64,000 nt of DNA from Acidobacteriota bacterium (GTDB lineage: Bacteria > Acidobacteriota > UBA6911 > RPQK01 > JAJDTT01), in the NCBI GenBank assembly GCA_965209055.1, contig OZ242374.1, positions 800,001-864,000 on the forward strand, in the 5' to 3' direction. The notes under the pieces are model-generated. The model ran no database searches and was not told where the DNA came from. It was given only the letters and a program-made list of their open reading frames with translations. Position 1 is the stretch's first letter. Each line of letters begins with the position of its first letter. Below are positions 1-10,336 of this stretch, one piece after another. The position numbers and the translations under genes are program-made.

Positions 1-92
1 AGACAATCCCTTCTGGGACGATTTCATGGCCTCCCCGCCCATCACCGCCTTCGCCGCGTCAAGACCGGTGTGAAACCCTCCCCGCCGCGCCG

Positions 93-1709
93 TCAGGTCC
101 CGACATAGAGGGCGTAGACGCGGATTCCAGCCACCTTTTCTCCCTCGAAGCTCACCTTGATCTTGAAGGGTTGCTCCATTCCCGGAATCCCGTTCCCTTC
201 CGGCCAGGAGACTGGGACCCGCAACCCCGATTCCGTCAACAAGGCGGCCCCCTCGCCCGAATAACCGGCCATCGGCCGCTCCAACGCGTCATAGAGTTCC
301 AGCCGAAGCGTGGCGTCTTCGGAAACTCCCTCGGCATTGACCCACAGCGTCGCTTCGCCGCGGGCCTCGACGGCGGCCGTCATGAAGGCTGCCGGAATCG
401 AGTCGTCCCGCACCGAGAAGGAGCCCAGGCGGTCCCGCTCCAGCGTCGCCAGACCCACGCCGCCCCGGGGCTCCAGCGACCCCGGGTCCCAGGCGCCGTA
501 CCAGATATAGGTCTCCTCCCCCACGTTCTCGAATCCCTGGCCCTGGATCAGGCCGCCCTGGTCCCACTCGTGGTCCTCCCCCCGCCGGATGAAGATGAAA
601 TCGGTGAGAGGCTCCCGGAAATGGACGCCGTCGTTGCTGACGACGAAACCCAGGTCCACGGTCCTGCCACGCCAATCGGGCGAGCCGTGCCAGACTCCGT
701 AGAGCCCCAGCAGCACATTGCCCCGGTTCCAGACGCTGATCCCTTCGTGAGACTCTTCCCCGGAGCCGCTGGGGACTTTCTTGTGCTGTCCCTCCCGGGA
801 AAAGGAGAGGGTCCCGGTGTGTTCCCACCGGACGAAATCGGGTGAGCGGTAGGTGCCCACCGACCGGCCCCAGGAGTCGACCGCATAGACCGGCCGGGCT
901 CCCTGGCCCGATGCGTGAAACAGTCCGCCCCACTTGTAGAGTCCCCCGGCGGCCTCGAAATGGTCCGTAGGGATGACCGTGCTCTCCTTGGGCAGCAGTC
1001 CGTTCTCCGGTGTCGCCGGAATGGCCAGACGCCAGCGCAGGCCGTCGCCGCTCACCGCGGGGGCCAGGGTCGCCAGCCCCTTCTTCCCCTCCTCGTGCCA
1101 CCAGGTGTGCAGCGACATCTTGAACCGCCGGGAGGGATCGGGGTCTTCGGGATCGTGGATCACCTTCAGGTTGATGACTCCCAGCGGCGCCGGCTCCATC
1201 AGCACCAGGTTGTTGTCCCGGCTGCCGTCGTATTCCTCCAGTCCCAGCGCGGGGCGCGTCCAGTGAATTCCATCGGTGCTCTCGGCGTAGGCGGCGCGCC
1301 ACTTCAAGGGGATGACGTCCACCCGGGGAGTCCACATCATGTCCTCCTCCACGACCGTGAAGGGATCGCGGCCGATGGCCACGTACCAGAGCTTGAACTT
1401 CCCCTGGTGGCGAACCACGGAGCCGTAGAACTGGACCCCGAACTCGTCTGGCGCCCCCTCCGGCCCCCGGGGCAGGACCGGATTGCCGGGAAACTTGCGC
1501 GGCGGATGCAGTTCCAACCCGACGTTCTGGGTGAAGGGAATCGAATGGCTGTCGAAGGGGAAGAGCGAAGCCTCCGCAACAGTCGGCCGGGTTCCCACCA
1601 GCACCGTCACCCCGTCCGGGCGATCGCCGGTGGGCGCTCCCGGCTGGCATGCGCCGCCCAGCACGAACCCGAGCAGCGGAATCATCCTCACTGAAAATGC
1701 CAGCTTCAT
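93..1709 (-). CDS. Putative lipoprotein, GH32/GH43-like beta-propeller hydrolase of an uncharacterised family (paralog 1)
   Basis: 538-aa ORF with lipobox-like LGGAC, YGSV..GKFKLWY, YAESTDGIHW and SxDGxxW boxes, and a C-terminal beta-sandwich shared with the ORFs at 21999, 23588 and 41533. Confidence 0.75.
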   Translation of the reverse strand: MKLAFSVRMIPLLGFVLGGACQPGAPTGDRPDGVTVLVGTRPTVAEASLFPFDSHSIPFTQNVGLELHPPRKFPGNPVLPRGPEGAPDEFGVQFYGSVVRHQGKFKLWYVAIGRDPFTVVEEDMMWTPRVDVIPLKWRAAYAESTDGIHWTRPALGLEEYDGSRDNNLVLMEPAPLGVINLKVIHDPEDPDPSRRFKMSLHTWWHEEGKKGLATLAPAVSGDGLRWRLAIPATPENGLLPKESTVIPTDHFEAAGGLYKWGGLFHASGQGARPVYAVDSWGRSVGTYRSPDFVRWEHTGTLSFSREGQHKKVPSGSGEESHEGISVWNRGNVLLGLYGVWHGSPDWRGRTVDLGFVVSNDGVHFREPLTDFIFIRRGEDHEWDQGGLIQGQGFENVGEETYIWYGAWDPGSLEPRGGVGLATLERDRLGSFSVRDDSIPAAFMTAAVEARGEATLWVNAEGVSEDATLRLELYDALERPMAGYSGEGAALLTESGLRVPVSWPEGNGIPGMEQPFKIKVSFEGEKVAGIRVYALYVGT

Positions 1710-1734
1710 TTGTCCGATCTCTCTTCCTTGGCCA

Positions 1735-1807
1735 GGAGGGGGGACATTCCTGTCCCCCTGTCTTCTCTTTTGCGGTCAGGAAGCGTACAGGGGGGACTGC
1801 CGTCCCC
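1735..1807. repeat. REP-like palindrome cluster; the second hairpin is interrupted by island 1
   Basis: GGGGGACA-TTCC-TGTCCCCC followed by GGGGGGAC-TGCC-GTCCCC; related hairpins at 30098, 39187 and 51525. Confidence 0.75.
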
Positions 1808-1825
1808 ACCACGGAAAGGATCTAT

Positions 1826-1838
1826 TAAGTATCTGATA
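1826..1838 (-). promoter_or_regulatory. IHF-like binding site in the left att arm of island 1
   Basis: Minus strand reads TATCAGATACTTA, matching WATCARNNNNTTR, 19 bp inside the att core. Confidence 0.45.
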
Positions 1839-2557
1839 ATAAAGGAGTTATGATCTATACTCCCGAGTGGGTTACGCCATTGCATCCCACCTTCTAAACG
1901 GGATTCCATTCGATCCTATTGGAGGTCCGTGGACTCCATGGACAGTTTCGCGCCTCGACTCCCAGGTTTCAAGAGCCTGCGCGCTCCGGGAATTGGGGGC
2001 GTCCATGCGGAGCCGACAGGGTCCGTTTGGCCAGGAGTTCCGGAAACGGGCCACCGATCCCGGCCATGAGAAGGAAACCCTGAGCTATTGGCAACCCTGT
2101 GCCAGCTGCCTTGGCCTCCGCGCAATGCGCGTTCCCCAGCACTGCGAGCGCTGAGGAACGGTCGCCGAGACTCTGTTGTGCTGGATGGAGTCCCAGCCCC
2201 ACGTCCGGTGTGGACGGGACATCCGCATGGTCACTGTGTGAGCGTTGCCGTCGCCAGATGGCGGCCGCGCGCTATCGGGAACGCGCCGATCGACGAGACG
2301 GGGAACTACGGCTCTATTGAGGGCCGGGGGGTGGCCATGACCCCTTAGCCAGGGATTTTTTAGTGCCAAAACACATTTCGCTCGAAACTGATCATCACAC
2401 TCTTTTCCGCGACTACTTAGTGGATCACCCCATCCAAGTCACGATCCGGAAGGGAGCAACCTGGATCGCAACAATCCTGGAGATCTCTCACCGGGATGGT
2501 GATTTCATCCTAGCCCGCGAATCAGCGAACGGATAGACTAGAGGGCAGGAGAAATAA

Positions 2558-2848
2558 ATGGCTCCAGACCTCGCCCCGTGGATCACTCCCGCCGTCGTCG
2601 TTGCGGTTCTACTCTACATGCACCGCTCTATCCGTCGGGATATGACTCAGATGGAAACGCGGTTGCGCCAAGACATGAAGGAAATGGAGTCTCGGTTCGA
2701 GACCCGGATGGACCGGATGGAGTCGCGGCTACGCGAGGACATGGAGCGCCTAGACGGGCGTGTCGCTCGGCTTGAACACGGCCAAGCCAAGCTCGAAGGG
2801 CTCTTAGAGGGCTTGCGCGAGGCCATCACCCGCCAAAACGTCGCTTGA
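2558..2848 (+). CDS. Small membrane-anchored coiled-coil protein (DUF1640/CCDC90-like)
   Basis: AGGAG RBS; N-terminal hydrophobic helix followed by repeated ME(S/T)RL heptads. Confidence 0.7.
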   Translation: MAPDLAPWITPAVVVAVLLYMHRSIRRDMTQMETRLRQDMKEMESRFETRMDRMESRLREDMERLDGRVARLEHGQAKLEGLLEGLREAITRQNVA

Positions 2849-2927
2849 GCGGCACGGTCCTGCACAAAAGGCTTCTACACCGGGTGATTCCCGAGTAATC
2901 AGCGGGCGGAAACCAACGGACTGACTG

Positions 2928-3368
2928 GTGAGCGACATCTTCGAGCGTGCCAAGCGAAGCGAGATCATGTCACGGATCCGCGGACGCGACACCAAGCCCG
3001 AATTGGTAGTGCGTCGGATCGCCCACAGGCTCGGATTCCGCTTCAGGCTCCACCGTAAGGACCTTCCCGGCAGCCCGGATATCGTATTTCCACGGTATCG
3101 GGCCATCATAATGGTGCATGGATGCTTCTGGCACCGCCATTCCGGCTGCAAGTACGCCTACACCCCGAAGACGCGAGTTCAGTTCTGGCGGAATAAGTTC
3201 GAAGGCAACGTCGTCCGGGACAGGCGGAACGAACTGGCGTTGTCTGAACGCGGCTGGAGGACGATGGTGATCTGGGAGTGCGAATCCAAGGACCACCAAG
3301 CCGTGGCTGAGCGAATTGAATCTTTTCTGCGGGAATCTACCCCGGATATGGACGGATCGACTCAGTAA
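2928..3368 (+). CDS. vsr: Very short patch repair (T/G mismatch) endonuclease
   Basis: RSEIMSRIRGRDTKPE, LPGSPDI, HGCFWHRH and WEC motifs; sits next to a C5 methyltransferase operon. Confidence 0.95.
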   Translation: MSDIFERAKRSEIMSRIRGRDTKPELVVRRIAHRLGFRFRLHRKDLPGSPDIVFPRYRAIIMVHGCFWHRHSGCKYAYTPKTRVQFWRNKFEGNVVRDRRNELALSERGWRTMVIWECESKDHQAVAERIESFLRESTPDMDGSTQ

Positions 3369-4411
3369 ACGGGCGAGCCGTCACCCGTTCGTGGGAGACA
3401 TTTCTCGCCGAAACCCTCTGGAACGCAGTTTTGCCAGCGCGCGGAGTACAACGAGCGATTGCCTATCTGTAGGCGTCCGGCGGGGAACACCAGCCGCCAC
3501 CGTGAGAACTCCGATCTCGGTAGGCGTCAGCAGTCCCTGCTCGCGGCCCCACGCGAGAGCGTGCGCCCAGAAGTCACCACCCTCGTTCAGCACCGCGATC
3601 TGGGCTTCCATGCCGTTCAGTTGGCGTTGCTCACGTCGGGCGCTCAGGGCTGCACTTCGCTGATCTTCTGCTGAAATCAGCGCGTCATCCAGTTCGGCAG
3701 GCCATCGCACAGGGATTCTGCTGGCACGGTCCCAACAGGCTTGCTTCTTGGCCCACTCCGTGACGTTGCGCATCTCTTCGGGTGGATTGGTCAGTATATG
3801 GTTGACTCGTTCCGCCACGACCGCGATGGTGCGCTTAAGCTCTGGACCCGGTGCCTGTCGATGCCAGATGCCCTCGAAATCGACGGTCTGGCCGATCTCT
3901 TTCACATGATGGCCTATTCGGGCGATTGTGTACGCGACAATGTTCGCGCGGAACCCGCCTTGGTACCACGGTTGGGCCGAGACGATGCGTTCGGTTGCCT
4001 TGAACACTATCGCCTTGGCGATAGCCTCCCGATACCAAGCCTCGTTGAAGTCGTTTGATACCCTCTTCCACGCCTGCCCGATGCGACGGGCGAAGGCTGC
4101 GAAGTTCTTCTGCGCGCCTTGGCTTACCTCGTGCGGTCTTCCCCCCCACACATTCAGGAACTTGGCGAGGTCGGTCTTTGTGAACCGCTGGCTACGCGGA
4201 TACTCAATGTCGAATTTCCTTCGTTGAGCGGTGGTCTTGTAGGCCCGGGCATCCGCGTACTGGCCGCGTGCCCGCTCGTAGAACCACTTGCTTTCCTGAA
4301 AGGTCCCGTCCGGCGACGGGGCGTACAGCCTTCGGGAGAAGTTCTCGACCCTGATGTGGAACGGGTGGTTGGCGAAGAAGTCGGAAGCCATCACACGGTT
4401 CTGGCTATTAG

Positions 4412-5601
4412 GGAAGGTCTGATTAAGTCGAGTCAGCGTTCTGCACGATAATCCCTTCATCATCACTGCGTGGGGGGAAAGACGATGTCGCAACGGACGT
4501 TCGCAGATCTGGAATACGACGCCAAGAAGCGGGTGACCCGTCGGGAGAAGTTTCTGGTCCGCATGGACGGGTTGATTCCGTGGGAGCAGTTGGAAGCCCG
4601 GATTGAGCCGTTTTACCCGAAAGCGGGACGGGGCCGGCGTCCCTACCCGCTCTCGGCGATGCTGCGGATCCACTGCGTGCAGTTGTTTTACAACCTGAGC
4701 GATCCGGGGATGGAGGATCTGCTTTACGAGGTGGAGTCGGTGCGGCGGTTCGTGGGTCTGAAGCTCACAGGGCCGCTGCCGGACGAGACGACGATTCTGA
4801 AGTTCCGTCATCGGCTGGAGGAGCATGGTCTGGGGGAGGCGCTGTTCGAGGAGATCGGTTCTCACCTGCAGCGTCAAGGCCTGCGGCTGAGCCGGGGGAC
4901 GATCGTGGACGCGAGTATCCTGGCGGCGCCTTCCTCGACGAAAAACAAGGATCGGGCGCGGGATCCGGAGATGCACCAGACGAAAAAGGGAAAACAGTGG
5001 TATTTCGGAATGAAGGCCCACCTGGGGGTGGACGCCCAGACGGGGGTGGCGCACACGGTGGTGACGGCTCCGGCCAACGAGCATGACGTGACGCGGGCCT
5101 CCGAATTGCTGCACGGCTCGGAGTCGCAAGTTTGGGGGGATTCCGGATACCAGGGAGTGCAGAAGCGGTCGGAGAATCGAGATCGGCCGGTGGATTGGCA
5201 GGTGATGATGAAGCCCGGGAAGCGTTGGCAGCTGTCGCCGGAGAGTGAGGCGGCGTTGGCCGAGCGGCGTAAGGCATCGGTACGGGCGAAGGCAGAACAT
5301 GTGTTCGGGTACCTGAAACGGCATTTCGGCTACGCCAAGGTGCGCTACCGCGGGCTGGCGAAAAACACCCAACGGATCTATCTGCTGGTGGGATTCGCCA
5401 ATCTGATGATCGCCGAGCGCTCCGGTGTGACCGCCTGATCGGAATGCGGCACGGCTGTGTTTGAGGCTGGGGAAACCGTCTCGCAATCGCTTGGTCAAGA
5501 CCAATTCAGGGTTGCAAATCCCAGGTTAGAGCGTCTGGATCCGAAAAAGGGAGGGATACAAGGTCTGTTTCGCCCCATATGAGGACTTAATCAGACCTTC
5601 C
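4412..5601 (+). mobile_element. IS5-family insertion sequence (1190 bp)
   Basis: Perfect 18-bp terminal inverted repeats GGAAGGTCTGATTAAGTC (4412-4429 / 5584-5601); 4-bp target duplication TTAG (4408-4411 / 5602-5605). Confidence 0.97.
4470..5438 (+). CDS. IS5-family DDE transposase (start may be ATG 4485)
   Basis: RDPEMHQTKKGKQWYFGMKAH, IVDAS, GDSGYQG and VRYRGLAKN motifs. Confidence 0.95.
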   Translation: MGGKTMSQRTFADLEYDAKKRVTRREKFLVRMDGLIPWEQLEARIEPFYPKAGRGRRPYPLSAMLRIHCVQLFYNLSDPGMEDLLYEVESVRRFVGLKLTGPLPDETTILKFRHRLEEHGLGEALFEEIGSHLQRQGLRLSRGTIVDASILAAPSSTKNKDRARDPEMHQTKKGKQWYFGMKAHLGVDAQTGVAHTVVTAPANEHDVTRASELLHGSESQVWGDSGYQGVQKRSENRDRPVDWQVMMKPGKRWQLSPESEAALAERRKASVRAKAEHVFGYLKRHFGYAKVRYRGLAKNTQRIYLLVGFANLMIAERSGVTA

Positions 5602-6624
5602 TTAGCATATTCCGATATCTTTGGAACAATCTCTGTTGCCCGATCGGAGTCCACCACGGAGAGCTTCATCTGCACGAAGATCTGGGAAAGATCCTCGCCT
5701 TTCCGCATTGCCGAGTGGATTGACGCAGTCGTCTGCCCGCCGTTTACGATCTGGAAGTTCGTCATCCGCTGTAGCGATAGCCGACCGCGCTCGTTGCTGA
5801 TATCGACCTGCTGGGCAGTGGCGGTAATGCCGTTATTGTACGCGAAGAACATCGTGGGCTCGTGCGCCAATGTATCCCGGATGCCCCGATTCACCTTGCT
5901 GCGGGCTTGGAGGAATACGCGGACATTCTGCTCCAGGAGCCTGGGACCCCAACGATCATAGATCTCGGAAAGGACCGAACCCGGGATAACGCTCAAATAG
6001 GACTCGTGAGCCCCTGCAATGTGCTGCGCGGGAAGCACGGCGATGGCCCCCCCGAAGTCGTTGGCGAGATCAATCTCCATGACTTCCGGTTCGCCGCTAG
6101 CGTCAGCGCGATGGAGCCGCCGCAGGTCCCAAACGCTGTAAGTGACCCGCTTGCCCTCCAAGGTTCTCGCCGGCCGGCCATCGACTCGTTCGCTGAGTTC
6201 CCGGTTGCTCACCACCACCAACCGCAACTTGCTGACGCTCGGCCATCGGTACGCGACCATGTCTGCGAGCCCGAACGCAGGACTCGTCTCTTCCAGAGCA
6301 TTCCGCCATTTGTCGTTCATCGCGTGAGTAACGAATCTCTCCATGCGCCGAAAGATCGCGTCCATCTCGCTACCGACAAGGCGCCCGCTGCGAGGCTCCG
6401 CGTTGAAATCCAGGCCGATCAAGCTCAGGGTACCGGCGGAATCAACGGGGTCACCGCCTGAGCCATCGACGCGGATTCCGCGCGTGGGGTGCCAGTACGG
6501 CGCCCGATCAGCGGTGTCGAGGTCGCCCGCTTCCACGAGGTAGGCGCATGCCTTGTCGAAAAACACGTCCTCCCGGAACTGGCGGTCCGCATCAGCTTCC
6601 GCGAGCACATCCTGCCTGAGGGCG

Positions 6625-7638
6625 TCAGCGAACTCGCGTATCGTCACCACCGTCTCCGGAAAGGCTGTTGGCCACAGCCGCCGCGTCTACACGGAATTCT
6701 TCGCACTCCGCGAGTGCGACTCGGTAACCCACCTGCGTCACCCCGGCGGGGAGCATTCGTGGCGTGATTCTAGGAAAGCCGGCGACGACCCCATAGAAGG
6801 AAGTGTTTCCGATGACCCATCGCCGGTCAGTATAGTCGTCCTCACAATCGTATCCGACCGCCCATAATCGCTCCTCGAAATCCCCACGGACGGCCATGTC
6901 GCTGGCCTCGATCAGCTGCCTAAATCGATCCACCACGTCAGTGACGGTGACAGCGCCTGCTACGTCGCCACGGTCCTCAGCGATCTCGATCACGTGCAGG
7001 AATATGGGTGTTGCGTGCGTCGAGTCTAGCTGATCCGCTGAAGCGATTCGGAGGGTGGACGCCAAGGGTGCGTGTGCCTTGCATTCCACTCCCGTAATGC
7101 CGATCTCGAAGTCCCTCTGCGCTCCAAGCGGCCCCACCCAGCTACGCACGCCTTGTCCGACTCCGATTACAGGCACAACATGCTGCTCAAGGAAAGCGAG
7201 TTCCCCGATTAACCCCTTCTGTTCCTCCACAGTGAGCCGCCCGTCTCTCCCTCCCTTGAGGAGCCGGTGCCAGCGCCACGTTCGCATGATACATGTGTCA
7301 AGGGCCTCTTGCCCCGTTTCGGCCGCTCTTACGGCATCCACGATATCGATGCAAAACCGATGGAAGATGTCCCGGTATTGGACTTCCGCCAACCGGAGGA
7401 CAAGCAACTCTCGATGCCCTTCCTCGTCCGGCTGTCTCTCGATCCGAAGGCCCCGTAGGGTCGGCCACCGATGCTGCGACCGGAGTCCCAATTCGTGTGT
7501 CACGATCAACAGGTAATGCCGCCGCCGGTCGACTGCCCAGTAGAGTCCCCACTGCGTCGATCCCACACCGGCAATTCTCATTGCGCTGAACCCTATCGGC
7601 TCAGGTGTGGCTAGATCTCTCCAGGGGTTGTCACTCAC
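6625..7638 (-). CDS. PD-(D/E)XK motif protein (DUF4420-like putative nuclease)
   Basis: GLIGEL, W.GP....DF and ECK motifs; GTG start overlaps the Z1 stop; lies between Z1 and AIPR. Confidence 0.85.
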   Translation of the reverse strand: MSDNPWRDLATPEPIGFSAMRIAGVGSTQWGLYWAVDRRRHYLLIVTHELGLRSQHRWPTLRGLRIERQPDEEGHRELLVLRLAEVQYRDIFHRFCIDIVDAVRAAETGQEALDTCIMRTWRWHRLLKGGRDGRLTVEEQKGLIGELAFLEQHVVPVIGVGQGVRSWVGPLGAQRDFEIGITGVECKAHAPLASTLRIASADQLDSTHATPIFLHVIEIAEDRGDVAGAVTVTDVVDRFRQLIEASDMAVRGDFEERLWAVGYDCEDDYTDRRWVIGNTSFYGVVAGFPRITPRMLPAGVTQVGYRVALAECEEFRVDAAAVANSLSGDGGDDTRVR

Positions 7639-10336
7639 TGTCATCTTCGTCCCAATCATCGTCGCCAAAGTGGTCCCGGAACCAGATTTCGTTCACCACG
7701 TACTCCACAGTCTCTTCTGGACCACTCGTCTTAGGGAAGCTGATGCTCCAAGCCACCACGGGGGTCTCTTCGCTAAAGTCCTTCTCTCTACTTCCGATAG
7801 CCAGCAGGTGAATGATCAGCAACGGTCGCTCGCGGATCTCCCGGTAGATTCGATCCGGATAATTCCAAGTGCTCTTGTCTCCGCGGCCGTCGCTCTCCTT
7901 TTTTGTCCTCCATCCCGCCTCTGCCGTTGCGCGCTGGAATTCAGATAGGCCCACGCGCTCCACGCCACGGCTCGCAACTCTACGTTTCCGCGCAAAGCTG
8001 ACGGTGCGAACGTCACTTCTAGATCCCGGCGCCCTTCTCTGGCAGATAACTTCAAGACCGGGCAGTTGATATACCAGCGATCCATGCATCTTTTTCTTGA
8101 TGCCAGCGAACAGCACGTCCCACCTCGCAAGCTCTGTGGCGCGGCTTGCTATGTGTTTCCTCACAGGATCCGTCTGCGTCAACGGCGATTTCGGATGGTT
8201 CTTGTACCTCACCAGAAACGCGTCGACTATCTCCACGGGTAGGTCGCGCACCAAGTGTCCTTCGGGCACATCTTGACCACGAGCTCCTCCACCATCAGAG
8301 ATCATGGCCGTCACCAGTTCCCCAACCGCCCGAAGGTTCACCTCCAGTGATGATGGATCTCTGTGCAGCACCGTTGTCTCTACAAACCTGTTCGCGAGCC
8401 CAATCTTGACTCTGTGCGTAAACCCAGTACCCATCTTGTTTCGAGCGGTTACCATGAGCGAGTCCGGATGACTACGCACCTTCAAACCGAACTCCCGTGG
8501 TGTCGCTCTAGCAATCTCCATCTGAACAAGCTCTTCTCGCAGCTCTTCGATGGACTCCGCAATATGTTCGTACCATCCGCGCGCCTCATCGGGCATCCAG
8601 ACGCGGCACAGATCGTCATAGTCATCCCGATAGCCGAACCATCGGCCCATTTGAAAGAGCGTGTCATACATCATCGAGCGGCGAAGCACGTAACTCACCG
8701 ACAGTCCTTCCAGCGTCAAACCGCGTGACAGCGAAAATCCCCCCACGGCGATAACCGTCCATCCCGAGTCTTGATACTCGGAATACATCAAGGAGTCGGG
8801 CGATTTGCTGTTTATCTCAGCAACCCGTATCGCGCCGACGACCTCGACCAAGCGGGGTTGGACCTGATCCCAGGGGACACTCGCCGAGTCGGCATACTGC
8901 TCCTCAAACGTCTGGCGCAGAGCCCGGATCTCGGGGTCACGCACCGCTTCATGCTCCGGTCGCCCTCCGTTGACTCGAATGCTTGCGGCCACTCCATCTA
9001 CGAAAGCGTGGATCTCATTGCGAATCTGCCGTTGAACCGACGTGAAGCGAGACACGTTGACGAGCATGGAATTGTGGACACTGCGCTGCCCGCGAACCAT
9101 TCTGATCGCCTTCGCCAAGAGGAAAGTGCGCACCGCTTCTCGCAGACTGCTCGGCAGACGGGTTACCTTGTGATCGATCTTGTGAGACATCGGAAGCAGG
9201 TCGCGATGGTCGTCGATCGCTTGAATCACCTGTGCTCGCCGGTCCGAAAAGACATCTTCTGCACCAAAGTAGTTCGAGGGTGCATTCAGGGACACAATAA
9301 AGTCGCGTGGAAACAGATCTTGTCCGACCAGCGAATTGTCGTCATCCGGATCAATAAGAATGTTCGCAAACGGTGTGGCGGTGTATCCGACGTAGGCGCT
9401 CCGCTCAAACAAGCTGAGCAACACCCGTATCTGACGGTTGATCGTCGATACGTTGTCCACATGGCGCTGGATGTTTATCGACGCGTTGTCAGCCTCGTCG
9501 TCGATCAGGAGCATTGGTTCCGAGATGGCATTCGCGTGCAGATGATAAGCGTTGTGCGTAGTCAGCCACTCGATGAGATTCCCGAGTATGTTTGTTTCCT
9601 TCTTTATCACCAACAGAACAGGCCTTCGCAGATCCTTTAATGGGATTCCGATCTGACTAGCTGCCAACTTGTTGAAGTCACTAACGGCGGTTGTAAACGT
9701 GATGGGCTTGCGATGCAATCCGTAGCGGCCAACCCCGATGGGCTCAAAGCCGGAGGGACCTAAGCTCCTGCCGGTGTCGTAACCGACGAAGGCCTCGTCG
9801 AGGCGCTCTTGCGTCTGATTGCGTAATCTGTTTTGTACCCCCGCGATGACGATTATTACGCGATATCCGGCATCCGCCGCCTTAGTGGCTACGCCAATGT
9901 AGTTTCCAGTCTTGCCTGATTGGACGTGCCCCATGACCATCCCCCGACGGTCCCATGACTCGGTTTTGCCAGGATCTTCCAGGTATCCGACGATCCTGTC
10001 GGTGTCCTTGTCGATCTCAGCGACTACCTGCGGCGGGAAGCCCTTCCGGTGAACAAGAAAATCCCGGTACCGATTCCAATAGTGCCAGTCTACGCTAGGC
10101 TTTCGTTCGTCGAGCCAGGGCTTGAAGGGTCGCGATAGTGCCAGCGCAGGTTTGAGCAGTATTCCAAAGGTTTCCTCTAACTTAAGGGCGAGACCCTCCG
10201 CTTCGTCGGTGGTTACAGTGGGACAGGCTGGAAGAACCTTGCCAATCAGTTCCCGGATTCGTCCGGGCGTGGGGGCGTCCTTCTCGTCTCCGACTAGGTG
10301 CCACACCAGCCGACGAAGGGTGGTCAAGTCACTCAT
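7631..10336 (-). CDS. Z1-domain SF2 helicase-like protein
   Basis: GHVQSGKT Walker A, IDDEAD, YTATPFAN, LSRGLTLEGL and DTLFQMGRWFGYR. Confidence 0.92.
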   Translation of the reverse strand: MSDLTTLRRLVWHLVGDEKDAPTPGRIRELIGKVLPACPTVTTDEAEGLALKLEETFGILLKPALALSRPFKPWLDERKPSVDWHYWNRYRDFLVHRKGFPPQVVAEIDKDTDRIVGYLEDPGKTESWDRRGMVMGHVQSGKTGNYIGVATKAADAGYRVIIVIAGVQNRLRNQTQERLDEAFVGYDTGRSLGPSGFEPIGVGRYGLHRKPITFTTAVSDFNKLAASQIGIPLKDLRRPVLLVIKKETNILGNLIEWLTTHNAYHLHANAISEPMLLIDDEADNASINIQRHVDNVSTINRQIRVLLSLFERSAYVGYTATPFANILIDPDDDNSLVGQDLFPRDFIVSLNAPSNYFGAEDVFSDRRAQVIQAIDDHRDLLPMSHKIDHKVTRLPSSLREAVRTFLLAKAIRMVRGQRSVHNSMLVNVSRFTSVQRQIRNEIHAFVDGVAASIRVNGGRPEHEAVRDPEIRALRQTFEEQYADSASVPWDQVQPRLVEVVGAIRVAEINSKSPDSLMYSEYQDSGWTVIAVGGFSLSRGLTLEGLSVSYVLRRSMMYDTLFQMGRWFGYRDDYDDLCRVWMPDEARGWYEHIAESIEELREELVQMEIARATPREFGLKVRSHPDSLMVTARNKMGTGFTHRVKIGLANRFVETTVLHRDPSSLEVNLRAVGELVTAMISDGGGARGQDVPEGHLVRDLPVEIVDAFLVRYKNHPKSPLTQTDPVRKHIASRATELARWDVLFAGIKKKMHGSLVYQLPGLEVICQRRAPGSRSDVRTVSFARKRRVASRGVERVGLSEFQRATAEAGWRTKKESDGRGDKSTWNYPDRIYREIRERPLLIIHLLAIGSREKDFSEETPVVAWSISFPKTSGPEETVEYVVNEIWFRDHFGDDDWDEDDSE

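Larger units (their letters stand above)
3381..6650 (-). pseudogene. AIPR (abortive infection phage resistance) family gene interrupted by IS5; ~691 aa when restored
   Basis: N part (6650-5602) has LLEQNVRVFL, FFAYNNGIT and QIVNGGQTT; removing the IS and one TTAG restores in-frame ISEYANSQNRV; C part has WFYERARGQY. Confidence 0.9.

Noticed and set aside
1950-2500. Short ORFs at the left end of island 1
   Set aside because: None has convincing coding features; probably decayed cargo.
3381-5504. 707-aa ORF as a novel fusion protein
   Set aside because: It is a chimera of the antisense frame of the IS5 transposase and the AIPR C-terminal half.
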